DNA of 64,000 bases from Octopus vulgaris (Eukaryota). The stretch's first letter is position 1. Each line of letters begins with the position of its first letter. Shown here one piece after another: positions 41,060-53,407 of this stretch. A program made the translations under genes and the position numbers. Below the pieces are notes generated by a model. It worked only from the letters and a program-made list of their open reading frames with translations. It ran no database searches and was not told where the DNA came from. Where the stretch lies: contig OX597829.1 in assembly GCA_951406725.2 (NCBI GenBank), positions 52,514,001-52,578,000 of the forward strand, in the 5' to 3' direction.

Positions 41060-41313
41060 AAACACACCAGCATCGGTTGTCAAGCAATGCTAGGGGGACA
41101 AACACAGACACACAAACGCACACACACACACATATATATACATATATATAAGCAGGTTTCTTTCAGTTTCCGTCTACCAAATCCACTCACAAGGCATTGG
41201 TCGGCCCGGGGCTATAGCAGAAGACACTTGCCCAAGATGCCACGCAGTGGGACTGAACCTGGAGCCATGTGGTTGGTTAGCAAGCTACTTACCACACAGC
41301 CACTCCTTTCGCC
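41060..41313 (-). mobile_element. Family A SINE, 5' part
   Basis: Reverse complement of the head and microsatellite. Confidence 0.85.
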
Positions 41314-41939
41314 TGTTGTATAACATTTATTAATACATGTGCCATTGATGTACAAAGCACATGGCATCAGGTAGCCACCGTAAATGCTGGTTCTTCTCGC
41401 TATCCATGTTGCTACATATTGTAATGTATGTCACTGTTACAGTCAGAATGTTACTACAATGTCGTACTTATATATAACATGCAGTAACTGTAGACGCAGT
41501 AACAGCTGTTTACACTTTAACAGTTATTTCGTGTCATGACGTACGGTTTCAATACAAGTACATCAATACAACCGAAAACCACTTTATCAGAAAAACACAA
41601 TGATTGTTAGGGATATATAAAGTGTTGAGCTACGGACCATGCAATCTGAGTTCAAACTGTATTGTAGTATTTTGTGTTGCTCTACTTGAAATGAGTTACT
41701 GTGGAGAGCTCAGATGGCCGTTTGCAAAGAAAGAAAAACTTTGTAGAAACCACCTCAAAAAACACCTTATGATCTTTTAATGATCAATTCTTGTTTGTTT
41801 TTATCATTTACACTAGGTGCAAACCTTGATTAAATATTCAGGGTAGATAGTTGGTATTAATAAAGTGTACAAAAACTCTATTGTTAAGAGATATGTAAAA
41901 CTATTTTCAGAGTAAAGCATTTACACACATACATCATCT

Positions 41940-42005
41940 CTGTCTGTTTGTTTGTCTCTCTCTGGCACACACACACATAAAAGCTCTCTCTCACACACAC
42001 AAAAG

Positions 42006-42047
<42 letters not shown>

Positions 42048-42270
42048 TAAACTCATACATAAAAGCTCTCACATGCTCATACATACAAAAATAAAGGCTA
42101 ATGCACATACAAATAAAGGCTCTCTCTCTCTCACTCACACACACACATAAAGGCACTCACACACACACTCACATAAAAATAAAGGCTGATATACACACAC
42201 ACACAAATAAAGGCTCACACACACACAAAAAGACTCTCACACACACACACACACAAAAATAAAGGCTGAG
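41940..42270. repeat. Compound (CA)n/(CT)n repeat punctuated by ataaaggct
   Basis: Direct inspection. Confidence 0.8.
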
Positions 42271-42664
42271 TTAAGTTGTACTTACATGCACACTTAAACA
42301 TGAAGGCAATATAAATACTATTTTTTAGTAGATTTATTTGCAGTCATATTTACATGTACTTATTTTTATTATTAAGGTGGTGAGCTGGCAGTCGGATAAA
42401 ATGCTTAGCATCATTTCACCCGTCTTTACATTTCTGAGTTCAAATCCTGCCGAGGTCAACTTTGCCTTTCATCCTTTTGGGAGTCAGTGAACAAAAAAAA
42501 GTACCTGTCAAGTATTGGGGTTGATGCAATTGACTATGCTCTGTCTCCCCAAAATTTCTGGTATTTTGCCTCTTGTAGAAATATTTATACTGCAATTATT
42601 ACTGTTTTCTTTAATCTCATAAGAATAATAATTATAATTAGCTGAATCATAATAGGTACACACA

Positions 42665-42719
42665 CACTCATTCTCTCTCTCTTTCTCTCTCTCACATACA
42701 TACATGCACACTCCATCTT

Positions 42720-42763
<44 letters not shown>

Positions 42764-43110
42764 TCTCTGTCCCTCTCTGTTTCTGTCTCTGTCTTTCTCA
42801 CTCTCTGTGTCTCTATCTCTGTCTGTCTGTCTGTCTCTCTCTCTATCTCTGTCTCTCTCTCTCTCTATCACTGTTTCTCTCTTTATCTGTCTCTGTCTGT
42901 CTATCTGTCTCTCTGTCTCTCTCTGTCTCTCTCTGTCTCTCTGTCTATCTCTGTCTCTCTCTGTCTCTCTCTCTATCTCTCTCTGTCTCTCTCTTTCTCT
43001 CTGTCTCACTGTCTAGCTCTGTCTCTCTATCTCTATCTCTCTGTCTATGTATCTCTCCCTCTATCTCTGTCTCTCTCTCTCTGTCTCTGTCTATCTCTAT
43101 CTGTCTCTGT
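42665..43110. repeat. (CT)n/(CTGT)n polypyrimidine tract
   Basis: Direct inspection. Confidence 0.95.
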
Positions 43111-43396
43111 GTAATGACACTGAGTGAAAAGGCATAAATGATGACTTCATTTTCGCTGCAATTAATGTATTATATAGGTTTGAACCCATGGAAAATGTAT
43201 GCTTATATTTAGTATAAATATTGAATTCCAAAAGTGCAGGGAAGTAATGTCTGACTTGTATTAAAGTACCAACCGTTTAAGTTACACACAAACACATTCA
43301 ATGCCCTCCACACTGTTCCAGTTTGCCAGATCTAGTCACAAGGTATTGACTGACTTTGTGGTTCTTAGTTCAATCCTACCACGTGGTACCCTTTTG

Positions 43397-43610
43397 TTAA
43401 CCTTTTCGTTACTGTATTTATTTTGAAATGCTGTTTCTTTCAATTACTTTAAATATAACAAAGAATTTAGTAAAATAACTTGGTTATCATTCAACTAGTG
43501 TTAGGAACATAAATTGTGACTAAGGTTTGGTGGAAGATCTTGATTCAAAACTTATATGGAAACAAGACATTTGTACTCAAAGCCAGTTGGGTTGGTAACG
43601 AAAGGGTTAA
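43397..43610. mobile_element. M1 MITE
   Basis: ttaaccttttcgttac...ggtaacgaaagggttaa with the same interior as 39495-39724. A partial copy lies at ~28820-29030. Confidence 0.75.
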
Positions 43611-43779
43611 GGGATTCTACTATTGGACAAAGTTTTGAAAGCAAACTTCTTAACCATGCTGGTGCACCTTTGTGCACATAATTATGCTGGTGCACATGTA
43701 CATGCATGCACATACTCATAAGCTCAAAACATGAGTACGGTCTTGTTAATCGTCCATCTGTAACTAATGTAATAAACAT

Positions 43780-45199
43780 CTTTTATCTTTCATTTATTTC
43801 AGTCTTTAGACTGTGGCCATGCTGGGGCACCGCCTCGACTAGCTTAGTGGAACAAATCAACCCATTACTATTTGAACTTGGTATTTATTTAATTGGTCTT
43901 TTTTGCTGAACCGCTATGTTGCAGTGATGTTCACAAATCAACACCAGTTACCAAGCAGTGATTGAAAACATATACACACACACACACACACACACATATC
44001 TATACATAGAGGGTTGGCCAGAAGTCACCCGACAGTAAATCGAAATGCCATAAGTACCATCTGTAATTCTGTATTGACTCAAATGGAAAATGCGTCGCTC
44101 AAGAAGGACTTCAGTTTGAACAGTTTTCATGATGTTTTGTATTTAGATGCTTTTATTAAATTCATTCAGTGATTAAATATAAATAAATCTTTAGAATTAA
44201 ATGGTTTTGATTTACTGTTGGCCAACCCTGTATAATGGGGATTCCAGAGTTTCCACCTACCAAATTTACTCAAAGGCATTGGTTGACACCTATGGCTATA
44301 GTAGAAAATACTTGCCCAATGTGCTGTGCAGTGGGGCTGAACCGGAGACCATGTGGCTACAAAATGAGCTTCTTAACAGCAGAGCCATATTATATCTTTA
44401 TTAATCTTTTTGTCATTTTTATTAAGTTAAAATTCAATTATGATTTCCTTGATCAAAATCTTTTATCTTTTACTTGTTTCATTCATTGGGCTGCTGCCGT
44501 GGTGGGACTCTGTCTTGGAGGCTTTAAATGAACAAAGCAACCTCAGTGCTTTTGTTTTAGGGGTAACCCCCCCCCCCCCCCCGGTCATTAATGACCATGG
44601 GACTGCACCTAGAAAATTCCCCTCTGAGGCGCAAGTCTGTGCAAGGTTGTTTTCATGCAAGACCAGCAGTCACCCATGCATACCAGCCTCTCCTTTCCAC
44701 GCCACCAGTGTTACCCAAGGGAAAGGCAAAGGGGCCGATGCAGCTTGGCAACAGTGACACGTCACAACTCATTTCTACAGCTGAGTGAACTGGAGTGACA
44801 TGAAATAAAGTGTCTTGCTCAAGAACACAACACACAGCCTGGTCTGGGAATCAAACTCACTACCTCATGAATGTGAGCCTGATACTCTAACCATTGAGCC
44901 GTGCACCAGCCTGGTACTATATTCTGTAGTTTTCTTTAGCTGAACTGCTAAGTTATGAGAATGTAGACAAACCAACACCTGTTGTCAAATGGTGGTAGGG
45001 AACAAACACACACATACACACACACACACATACACGTATACATGATGGACTTCTTTCAGTTTCCGGCTACCAAATTCACTCACATGGCTTTAGTCGGCCA
45101 AAGGCTATAGCAGAAGATACTTACCTAAAGTGCCCCACAGTAGGACTGAACTCAGAACCATGTGTTTAGGAAGCAAACTTCTAACTACACAACCATGCC
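43780..45199 (-). mobile_element. Two family A SINEs, interrupted by a mariner MITE (44007-44232) and a family D SINE (~44562-44905)
   Basis: Family A sequence resumes colinearly after each insert. Confidence 0.7.
44007..44232 (+). mobile_element. Tc1/mariner-derived MITE nested in a family A SINE
   Basis: TA-flanked TIRs (g)agggttggcca / tggccaaccctg. Internal KCVAQEGLQFEQFS* resembles a transposase C-terminus. Confidence 0.7.
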
Positions 45200-46307
45200 T
45201 CCTAGAATAATAAATTTACTTTTTTACACTCATGCACCCCCTTGCGGTATTCTTTCAGTTCATCTAGAAATGAGTTCTCATCTGCCTAGTGAATGTTTGT
45301 CCTCCACAATATTACTGTTGAGACTCCGTATTTTGTACCCAGGTAGATGATTTGTTTGTAGTCTTGGGGTTTTGTTTCTTTATGCTTTTAGTCTTGGACA
45401 TTTTACTGTCTGTTAAACGTCTTAACCAGAAGTTTATAACTTTTATAGTTTCCTGGAGCTTTCCCATTCATTTCTTTGTAGTTTCTGAACTATTTCTTGT
45501 TATCGCTTGCCACAAGTGTTCAGGCGTTGCACTTGTTGTTTTGAACATTTTCAGATGCTGTACCTGCTTATCTTTATTATTCACGGATTGAGAAATACAT
45601 GGAGTTTCCTTTCACTTTCTTTCACCAAAGCTAATTAGGGTACTTGTTAAGAGGGTGGGAAAATAAAACAAGCATAAAAACGTACAGTTAACAGAAGCTG
45701 TGCGAACATTTCCTAACAATATTCACAGAGCTTCATATTACTGTTGTCTGGAATGCGCCATCTATATCTATCTTTATAGATAATCTGGCTACGTATTTAT
45801 TGAAGTGGTTGTGTATCACTTTGCTTGTACCTGTTAGAAATGGAATGATGGAAATGAACCAAGAGAACTCCTATGTGACTACTTAACTTGCTAGAGATAC
45901 CAACCAAATTTCCTTTGAATTTCACCCTACTGTTTCAAAATAAAGGAAGGACACATTGAAACTGAATAGAAATATCTTAGATACACTAGAGATTTTGTTG
46001 CTTTTCCCAACAAGGTCAATTACTGTTTAGAAGTTTCCTTGTTGGTTCGAATTCAGCAAACCATCATTTCTGGGAGAGGGTAAGTGGTAGAAAAAGGATA
46101 GTTGTGATGGGAATATCTTTAATCCTAGATCTGCTTGACCAGAGCTGACCTGGGGTTAAACAACAAAATTGACGAATTTCTTAATTGCTGTCATTTATTA
46201 AAATTCAGTTGCTAAGTCTGTATGATTCCTTAACTTTTCAACTGAACTTTTGCTCATTGTATCTGTCATTTGGTTATTTATAATAAAAAGAAGCCAACTG
46301 CTGTTTC

Positions 46308-46531
46308 TTTAACCTTTCAGATTATTCTATCAAATGTAATGTTTATTTATTCACATTGTTTTTGAATTTAACATGCATCATTGCATAGCTTCGAGATTTC
46401 AGTGTGATTGTTTATTTTTATCATGACATTGTAGGGGAGACGTGAGAGACAGGATCTGGTCATTTTTTTTACATGACACAGACAGAATATTTGGGACAGA
46501 TATAAGGCTAATTTAAATGCTAAAATGTTAA
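46308..46531. mobile_element. M2 MITE
   Basis: ttaacctttcagattattc...aatgctaaaatgttaa; reverse complement of the 62738-62955 copy. Confidence 0.6.
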
Positions 46532-47119
46532 GCTCTTGTTACTCGTGTTATTTTGTTAAAAGAACACCCATGCTGGTGCCACATAAAAATCACCCGTGCT
46601 AGTACCATGTAAAAAGCACCTGTGGTGGCACCACATAGAAAGTACCCTTTCTGGTCCCACTTAAAAAGCACCTGATACATTCTATAAAAGGGTTGGCATT
46701 TGAAGTGCATCCAGCCATAGAAAGCATGCCAAAACAAACAATTGGAATTTGGTGCTACTCTATGGCTTGCCTGCCCCTGTCAAACTGTCCAACCCATGCC
46801 AGCATGGAAAATGAATATTGGATGACAATGGAGATGAAACCCCCTCCCCACCGGCTTTGGTTAATATTCCTCTTGTTTTTTCTCCTTTGAGTACACCACA
46901 TCCTGCTGCTCAAACACACATTTTAGTTCTTTCTTGTGTATTGTCCTTCTATTTCAGCCTTCAATATATTTTCTTATTCACTTGTAAATTTTGTTTGAAT
47001 TCTTTCACCTTTTGTCATTTCTTGAGATAATTTAGAAGTCATTTTTAAAATGTAACAAAGACAGCTGGACAAAACTGATTTTTTTTTTTTTTGTGTGTGT
47101 GTCTGTGATATTTTGGTAA

Positions 47120-47445
47120 AAAGTGCATCATATATGCCCGCAGATATGCTGCCATGTCATCTCCATGGTACCCCAGCAACTGAATCAACCTGAGTCCATC
47201 TCCAACTTTCCACATGGATATCAGTTTCTTTTTTTCTTCCTGTCACTCCACCCCAGACCAGATTTAAGGCAGACTTTGTATTTCAACTAGATTTGTGAGC
47301 GGATCTTTTTCCAGACATAGTTATCCATGTAGTAGATGCTTCGGAATTCTTTCATCTTACTCAGGAAACTACATGCCCTGCCCACCTCAGTCTGTTATGT
47401 TGCAGGAGAGCATCTTTGATTACAGCATTTACTAATTCCATAACC
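47120..47445 (-). mobile_element. Degenerate RTE LINE fragment
   Basis: Minus strand encodes LLQHNRLRWAGHVV...SGKRS, the RTE RLRWAGHV motif, with stops. Confidence 0.65.
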
Positions 47446-47678
47446 TTAACATCACTCAGTCTCTCTCTTACTCTCTCTCTCTCTCTCCTACTCTCTCTCT
47501 CTCTCTCTCCAAGGTATATGTAAAGTTTGTCGGAGGTACTTTTACTGAGAAAGCTCCTTCAAAAAAAAAAAAACATTAAGTAAGAAGACACCTATGTACT
47601 CCACAGGGTACAACGTAATTTGTCTTAGTGAGATATTTTTCACTGAAAGTTCTCAACAAATATTCAAAGCACACACAT

Positions 47679-47724
<46 letters not shown>

Positions 47725-48184
47725 CTGTCTTTGTGTGCGTATGTATATGTGTGTGTTCATATACACATTGACTACAATGAGAAAATGGGCAAAAACTAGT
47801 ATGCGCTTTCAAAAACCAACAACAGCCATCGACAACCAGGAACACAATGCATGTGTGCATGTGTGCCCCACATGTGCATGAACATGTGGATCCTGAATCA
47901 GTTTGCTTGCACAAGTGTGCTTACTCTTGGATAACGGCACCAAGAGTCATTATTGGATAGTTGGCCATATGATGAACACACACACATTCACAAGCACACA
48001 GAACTTGTGTGTATGTGTGTATGCATGTATATGTACATTTGTGTGCATATATATTTGCACATATTTACATACATATAAAATGTGTGTGTGTGTGATTTTG
48101 TGTGTATGTGTACCCCCCCCCACACACATTCATTAGATATATATACACACGTGTATGTATGTATAAAATAATGCATAATTGTTA

Positions 48185-48228
48185 ATGTGTGTGTGTGTGT
48201 GTATATATATATATGTATATATATATAC

Positions 48229-48259
<31 letters not shown>

Positions 48260-48272
48260 TACATACATATAT

Positions 48273-48307
<35 letters not shown>

Positions 48308-48332
48308 CATATATATATACATATATATATAC

Positions 48333-48364
<32 letters not shown>

Positions 48365-48440
48365 GAGAGACTATAGAATTCTGCCTATACCTATATGTAA
48401 TATATATATATATATATACACACATACATATATATAATAT
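48185..48440. repeat. (TG)n(TA)n(TACA)n microsatellite ~100 bp upstream of the exon
   Basis: Direct inspection. Similar tracts at 10880-11230, 29555-29745 and 31430-31710. Confidence 0.95.
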
Positions 48441-48543
48441 AAACATACAACATAAATCCCCTGCCCCTATACATTTGCGTGTATAAATATTATAAATAAT
48501 ATGAACCCATATTAATAATTTCCTTTTTCTGTTTATTTTCTAG

Positions 48544-48633
48544 GGTAGCAGTGTAGATAAGCGGCATGCTGTGGTAACTTTCGATCACTATCTCAACAAA
48601 TTTAAGATAAAGGATTTAAGTACCATTCATGGG
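48544..48633 (+). CDS. CEP170: Internal coding exon, FHA domain of a CEP170-like centrosomal protein
   Basis: Pyrimidine tract plus tag acceptor (tttctgtttattttctag) and gtaagg donor. The 90 nt translate without stops to GSSVDKRHAVVTFDHYLNKFKIKDLSTIHG, which matches my recollection of CEP170 FHA (SRSVDKQHAVINYD...VKDLGSLNG), including the S-x-x-x-x-H and D-L-x-S/T-x-N/H-G motifs. I did not find the neighbouring exons in the window. Confidence 0.8.
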
Positions 48634-50613
48634 GTAAGGCGATAAGCATTTTGTTTATTGTTTTATTTTCTTCATCTATTTATATTTGCTTTTGTAATTT
48701 GCAAATTTCAGGCAATTTTTTTCTTCCTGTATATGTATGAAACATCAAAGATCTATTTTTATTTGTATTTTATTAAGTTTGCATGTATCATGTTCCGTTT
48801 TGACGTCAGTTTCAGATTTCTAGACGCGGAGCAATTTGTATCTTCTCAGGTGATATCGTAATCTGTCTGATATCGGTGGGGACCAACTAGTGTGTAGCAT
48901 TTTGAATGGTTTACCAGGTAGTTTAGTAAGATTTCATGTGTGTGTGTGCATGTGTGTGTGTGTGTGTGTTGAAAGAATGAAAAGGAAATGGTTGAGCCTA
49001 ATACAGCATGTTTGCAGACCCCTTATAAAAATTGAGGTGTTGAGAACGGAAGATGAGATTAGCTTCCTGTGGTGAGTGGTGGTGGTGGTGTTGGTGGTAG
49101 TGATTTCAATAAGGATGTTTTTGGAGTAATATGTGCATGGCCTTAAAACACGGTGTGCTTTTCTTGGTACTGGTGTCAGTAATGGGAATGCAGAGGTTTT
49201 ATCCAAAGATATAATGATCATGTTTGGAACATTAGAATAAAATGGATAAATTTAGCAGTGGTTCATTCAAGGAAATTAGTCATCATCATCATCATCATCA
49301 TCATCATTGAGCATCCGCTTTCCATGCTGGGATGGGTTACATGGTTCAACTGGAACTGGTAAGCCAGAGAGCTGTACCAGGTTCCAGTCTGATTTGGCTT
49401 GGTTTCTACGGCTGGATGCCCTTTCTAATTAATGCCAGCCACTTTACAGAGTGTAGTGGGTGCCTTTTACATGTCCCTGGCACTGACCACAATTGCAATC
49501 TCACTTGGCTTGACAAGTCTTTCTAAGCATAGCAAATTGTTAAAGGTTTCAATTTATTTATTAATTTACATACACACACACACACATATGCATATGGGAG
49601 AAATTATGATAAACTCAGGCTTGTATTATTTATTCCCTATGTGCATTTCATGATTGTGGTTGTTTTAGAACCCTGCATTCTTCAACAGAGTCAGGAAGTG
49701 TGAGTGAACAGGGTTTCTGGCAGAAATAACACTGATAATAATCTTACAGTTGTACAAGGTCAGAAACTTGTAATAGAGGCAGTATAGTCAGCTAAATCTT
49801 CTCCAGTGCATGACTGGTACTTATTTTATTAACCCAGAAATGGATAGCAGTTGTCCCTGGAGGGGTTGATCTGAGAACGTATTAATATTCATTTCCCTTG
49901 TTTGTATGGGTTACACAAAGATTATTGAGACAGATTTTCTGTGGCAAGATAACTAGTAATTGCATGAAACAAGTTGTGGTGCACCTGAGCACTGTATACA
50001 ATAATTTCATTATTATTATTATTATTATTATGAAACCACAGCTTTTACATTGGTGTCCTTCACTTAGAAGGATACTGTGACAACAGCTAGGAGTTCCTCA
50101 CTCCTGATGGTTTTAAGTAAGATGGCCATTGACTCTCTTGAGTCCAATTTCCTTTTGATTGGTCTTGTCCAAAACCCACCCTACTCACCAAACAGGTTTA
50201 GTATTGTTACTGGTTTAGTTATTGATGACCCAACCATGCAACAGGTTGTATTGGGTTACACGTTAGCAATAGCACTCAAGAATGACTTGGCTCAGTGATA
50301 CAGTTACACTTTGGAGTACATCTGCATCATACGGGACAGTGATATTGTTATGCAGGCCAGTCATCTAAGATTACTTTTCTAAAAGTGTGTGGAAAGCAAC
50401 AAAAGAAAAAATAAAAAGCCAAAGAAACATGCTTCTACTTGATTGGCAGAGATTCATTTAGCCATTGTTCTACAGTCACTAATCCTCCTGCATGATATTT
50501 CTCTCCCTATTTCAAATAGGTGGGAATCTGGATTAACCTTCTACTACTATTTGTGCCTCAACTCCCAAACCTTCATATATGTGTATGTATGTGTGACTCC
50601 CTATATATATATA

Positions 50614-50909
50614 CTAGCAGTATCGCCCGGCGTTGCTCGGGTTTGTAAGGGAAATAACTATATAAGCATTTTTAGAGAGTTATAGCCAAAAAATAGCAAA
50701 AAAATGCATTAAAAATGGAAAAAAATGATGGTAAATTTTTTTTTAAATCGTTGACTCATTGTAGATGCGCGCTAATACCCAGAAGGGCTCAATATGAATC
50801 ACGACTATAAGATACCCGGTTTTGGTTAAACTGCACCGCAAAATGTGGGAGTAGTTAGGAATCTAAATCGTAGGAGACAGACACACAACTTCTCTTTTAT
50901 ATATAAAGA
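50614..50909 (-). mobile_element. Non-autonomous Helitron
   Basis: Minus strand starts TC(tttatatat) and ends with hairpin CCCG-AGCAACGC-CGGG, then ~9 nt, then CTAG. It sits between A and T with no TSD. CpGs are retained. Confidence 0.8.
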
Positions 50910-51180
50910 TATATATATATATATTGTCACTTGTCTTAACATTATGTGACAGTTGTAAATTAGTATCACCGTCATACAAGCAGTGTCATTCATTGTCAAT
51001 ATTCTGTGAGGACTGGCCTGACTTTGAGGAAATGTTGGCAACAGAAAGGGAATCCACATAGAAAATTTGCTTCAAATAAACTTCCTTCTGATCAATTTGA
51101 GCATAGAATTGTGGATGTTAAATGATGATATTTGATTGTCATGAAATACAGAATTATCTTTTGTAAGTTTTGTATTCAAT

Positions 51181-51340
51181 GGCATAGGTGTGGCTGTGTG
51201 GTAAGTAGCTTGCTTCGAACCACATGGTTCTGGGTTCAGTCCCACTGCATGGCAACTTGGGCAAGTATCTTCTACTATAGCCTTGGGCTGACCAAAGCCT
51301 TGTGAGTGGATTTGGTAGATGGAAACTGAAAGAAGCTGGT

Positions 51341-51373
<33 letters not shown>

Positions 51374-51576
51374 TTGTCCCCCCCCCCCCAACATTGCTTG
51401 ACCACCGATGCTGGTGTATTTACGTCCCCCGTAACTTAACAGTTCAGCAAAAGAGGCCAATAAAATAAGTACTAGGCTTACAAAAAATAAGTCCTGAGGT
51501 CGATTTGCTCGACAAAAGGCAGTGCTCCAGCATGGCCACAGTCAAAATGACTGAAACAAGTAAAAGAGTAAAAGAA
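51181..51576 (+). mobile_element. Family A SINE, full length
   Basis: Colinear with 5988-6391. Confidence 0.9.
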
Positions 51577-53189
51577 TGCTTTAGTGATATTTTTTACTGT
51601 TGTTGCTGTTCAGAAAGTGTTAGACATCAAAGTTATGGAATTGGTAACACAGAATCACTGAATTTAATTTCTCAGTTTACGGTCCCACCAATTTCAGAAT
51701 TGCAATGAAAACTTGTCAAACCAAATTAAATTATAGTTGTGGTTATTGTAAAGCACCGATTACACTCTTGGAGTGGTTAGCATTAGGAAGGGCATCCAGT
51801 CATAGAAACCATGTCAAATCAGACTGGAACCTGGTGCAGCTCTCAGACTTACTAGTTCCAGTCAAACTGTCCAACCCATGCCAGCATAGAAAGCAGACGG
51901 TAAATGATGATGATGATTATGATGATTTAGAGTACTCAATACACCCAAACAAATGTGATATTATCAGGCTAATTTTTAACATTCTAATCCATTTATGCTT
52001 GTGGCATTATTAAAGATATTATTTATTAAAATACTTCAAAAGAATTAAGCTTAAAATGAAATTTTTGAAATTTATAAGGGGCCATTTTAAAAATTCTTTA
52101 TCAGAAGTTACAAAAGAAAAGGTTATATAGAAAATAAACTATAAGAATATTTCAAAAGAAAACCAGGAATATCTTGGTTTTAACTTAAAACTTTTGAAAT
52201 GGTAAACAAAGGCTGAATACACAAAGTAGCTTAACTAATGTCCATTTTAAAAGATATACGAACCTTCATTTTTGAGATCAAAGCATTGTCTGACTATAAA
52301 ATTAAAGTAAAAGCAAAATGGGAAAAATTACATTAAATGAAATAAAAATCAAATTGTGACATATTTGAAAGTTTATGCTTACGGAAATTAAAGATTTATG
52401 TAAGGATTAAAACTATAAAATCCCAAATTTACTAACATCTTGTTCTTATCAAAAAAATTGCTTCAAGCAGATTCTTCTTCATAGGAGCCTTTAAGATCAC
52501 ATTTGATTATTGTCAGTGTAGTAAGCTGTCAAATTAGTCTGTGAAATTGGAAATTTTAATGCATTATATTATAATTCACATTTACTTAGAGTTGGCACCC
52601 CCTGCCCCAACCATTCCATCAACTATTTCTCTTCTACCTCCATCTCTAACCAGCTGTTACTCTTGCCTCACATACTGATAAAAGTGCCCATTCTCTCTTC
52701 TCCTGATCCCCTGTCTGTATCCTCTATTAAGCTCACCTTCCTGTACCTTGAGAGTTTACTCTAGTATTCCATCACTGTCATCTTTAACTCTTTCCCAGCT
52801 ACTCCTACCTTCTATATAATATAGAGTAGCCATGTATCTCCTCTACTGTAAAACATCCATGTTTGTCTCGCTGTCATACTTTTAGCCTTTTGACACTTGG
52901 CATAACCTCCGTCCCCACCCCACCAATACTCCTCCTATGCTTTGTAGTGGGAGCTTTTTCCTCTTTCTTTCTCCCTCGCTCGGCAACCTCACTAATGCTG
53001 GTGGCACAAAAAAAATCATCCAGTACAGTACATTGTGTAAAGTGGTTGGTATTAAGAATGGCGTCCAGCTGTAGAAACCATGCCAAAGCTGACACCAGAG
53101 GCCAGTATACCCCCGTGGCTTGCTAGATCCTGTCAAACCATCCAACCCCTGCCAACCTGACTAACAGACATTGAATGACTATAATGGTT

Positions 53190-53407
53190 TAGAAACGTTA
53201 GCACGCCAGGCAAAATGCTTAGCGGTATTTCGTCTGTCGATACGTTGTGAGTTCAAATTCCGCCGAGGTCGACTTTGCCTTTCATCCTTTCGGGGTCGAT
53301 AAATTAAGTACCTGTTACCCACTGGGGTTGATGTAATCGACTTAATCCCTTTGTCTGTCCTTGTTTGTCCCCTCTATGTTTAGCCCCTTGTGGGTAGTAA
53401 AGAAATA
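53190..53407 (+). mobile_element. Family C SINE, slightly 5'-truncated
   Basis: 10-bp TSD tataatggtt (53180-53189, 53408-53417). Confidence 0.9.

Noticed and set aside
47988-48446. 152-aa Y/I/V-rich ORF, and similar HT-, CV- and LS-rich ORFs throughout
   Set aside because: These are open frames through dinucleotide microsatellites.
52030-52500. A-rich stretch resembling decayed coding DNA
   Set aside because: Frequent stops and no identifiable motif; needs BLASTX.
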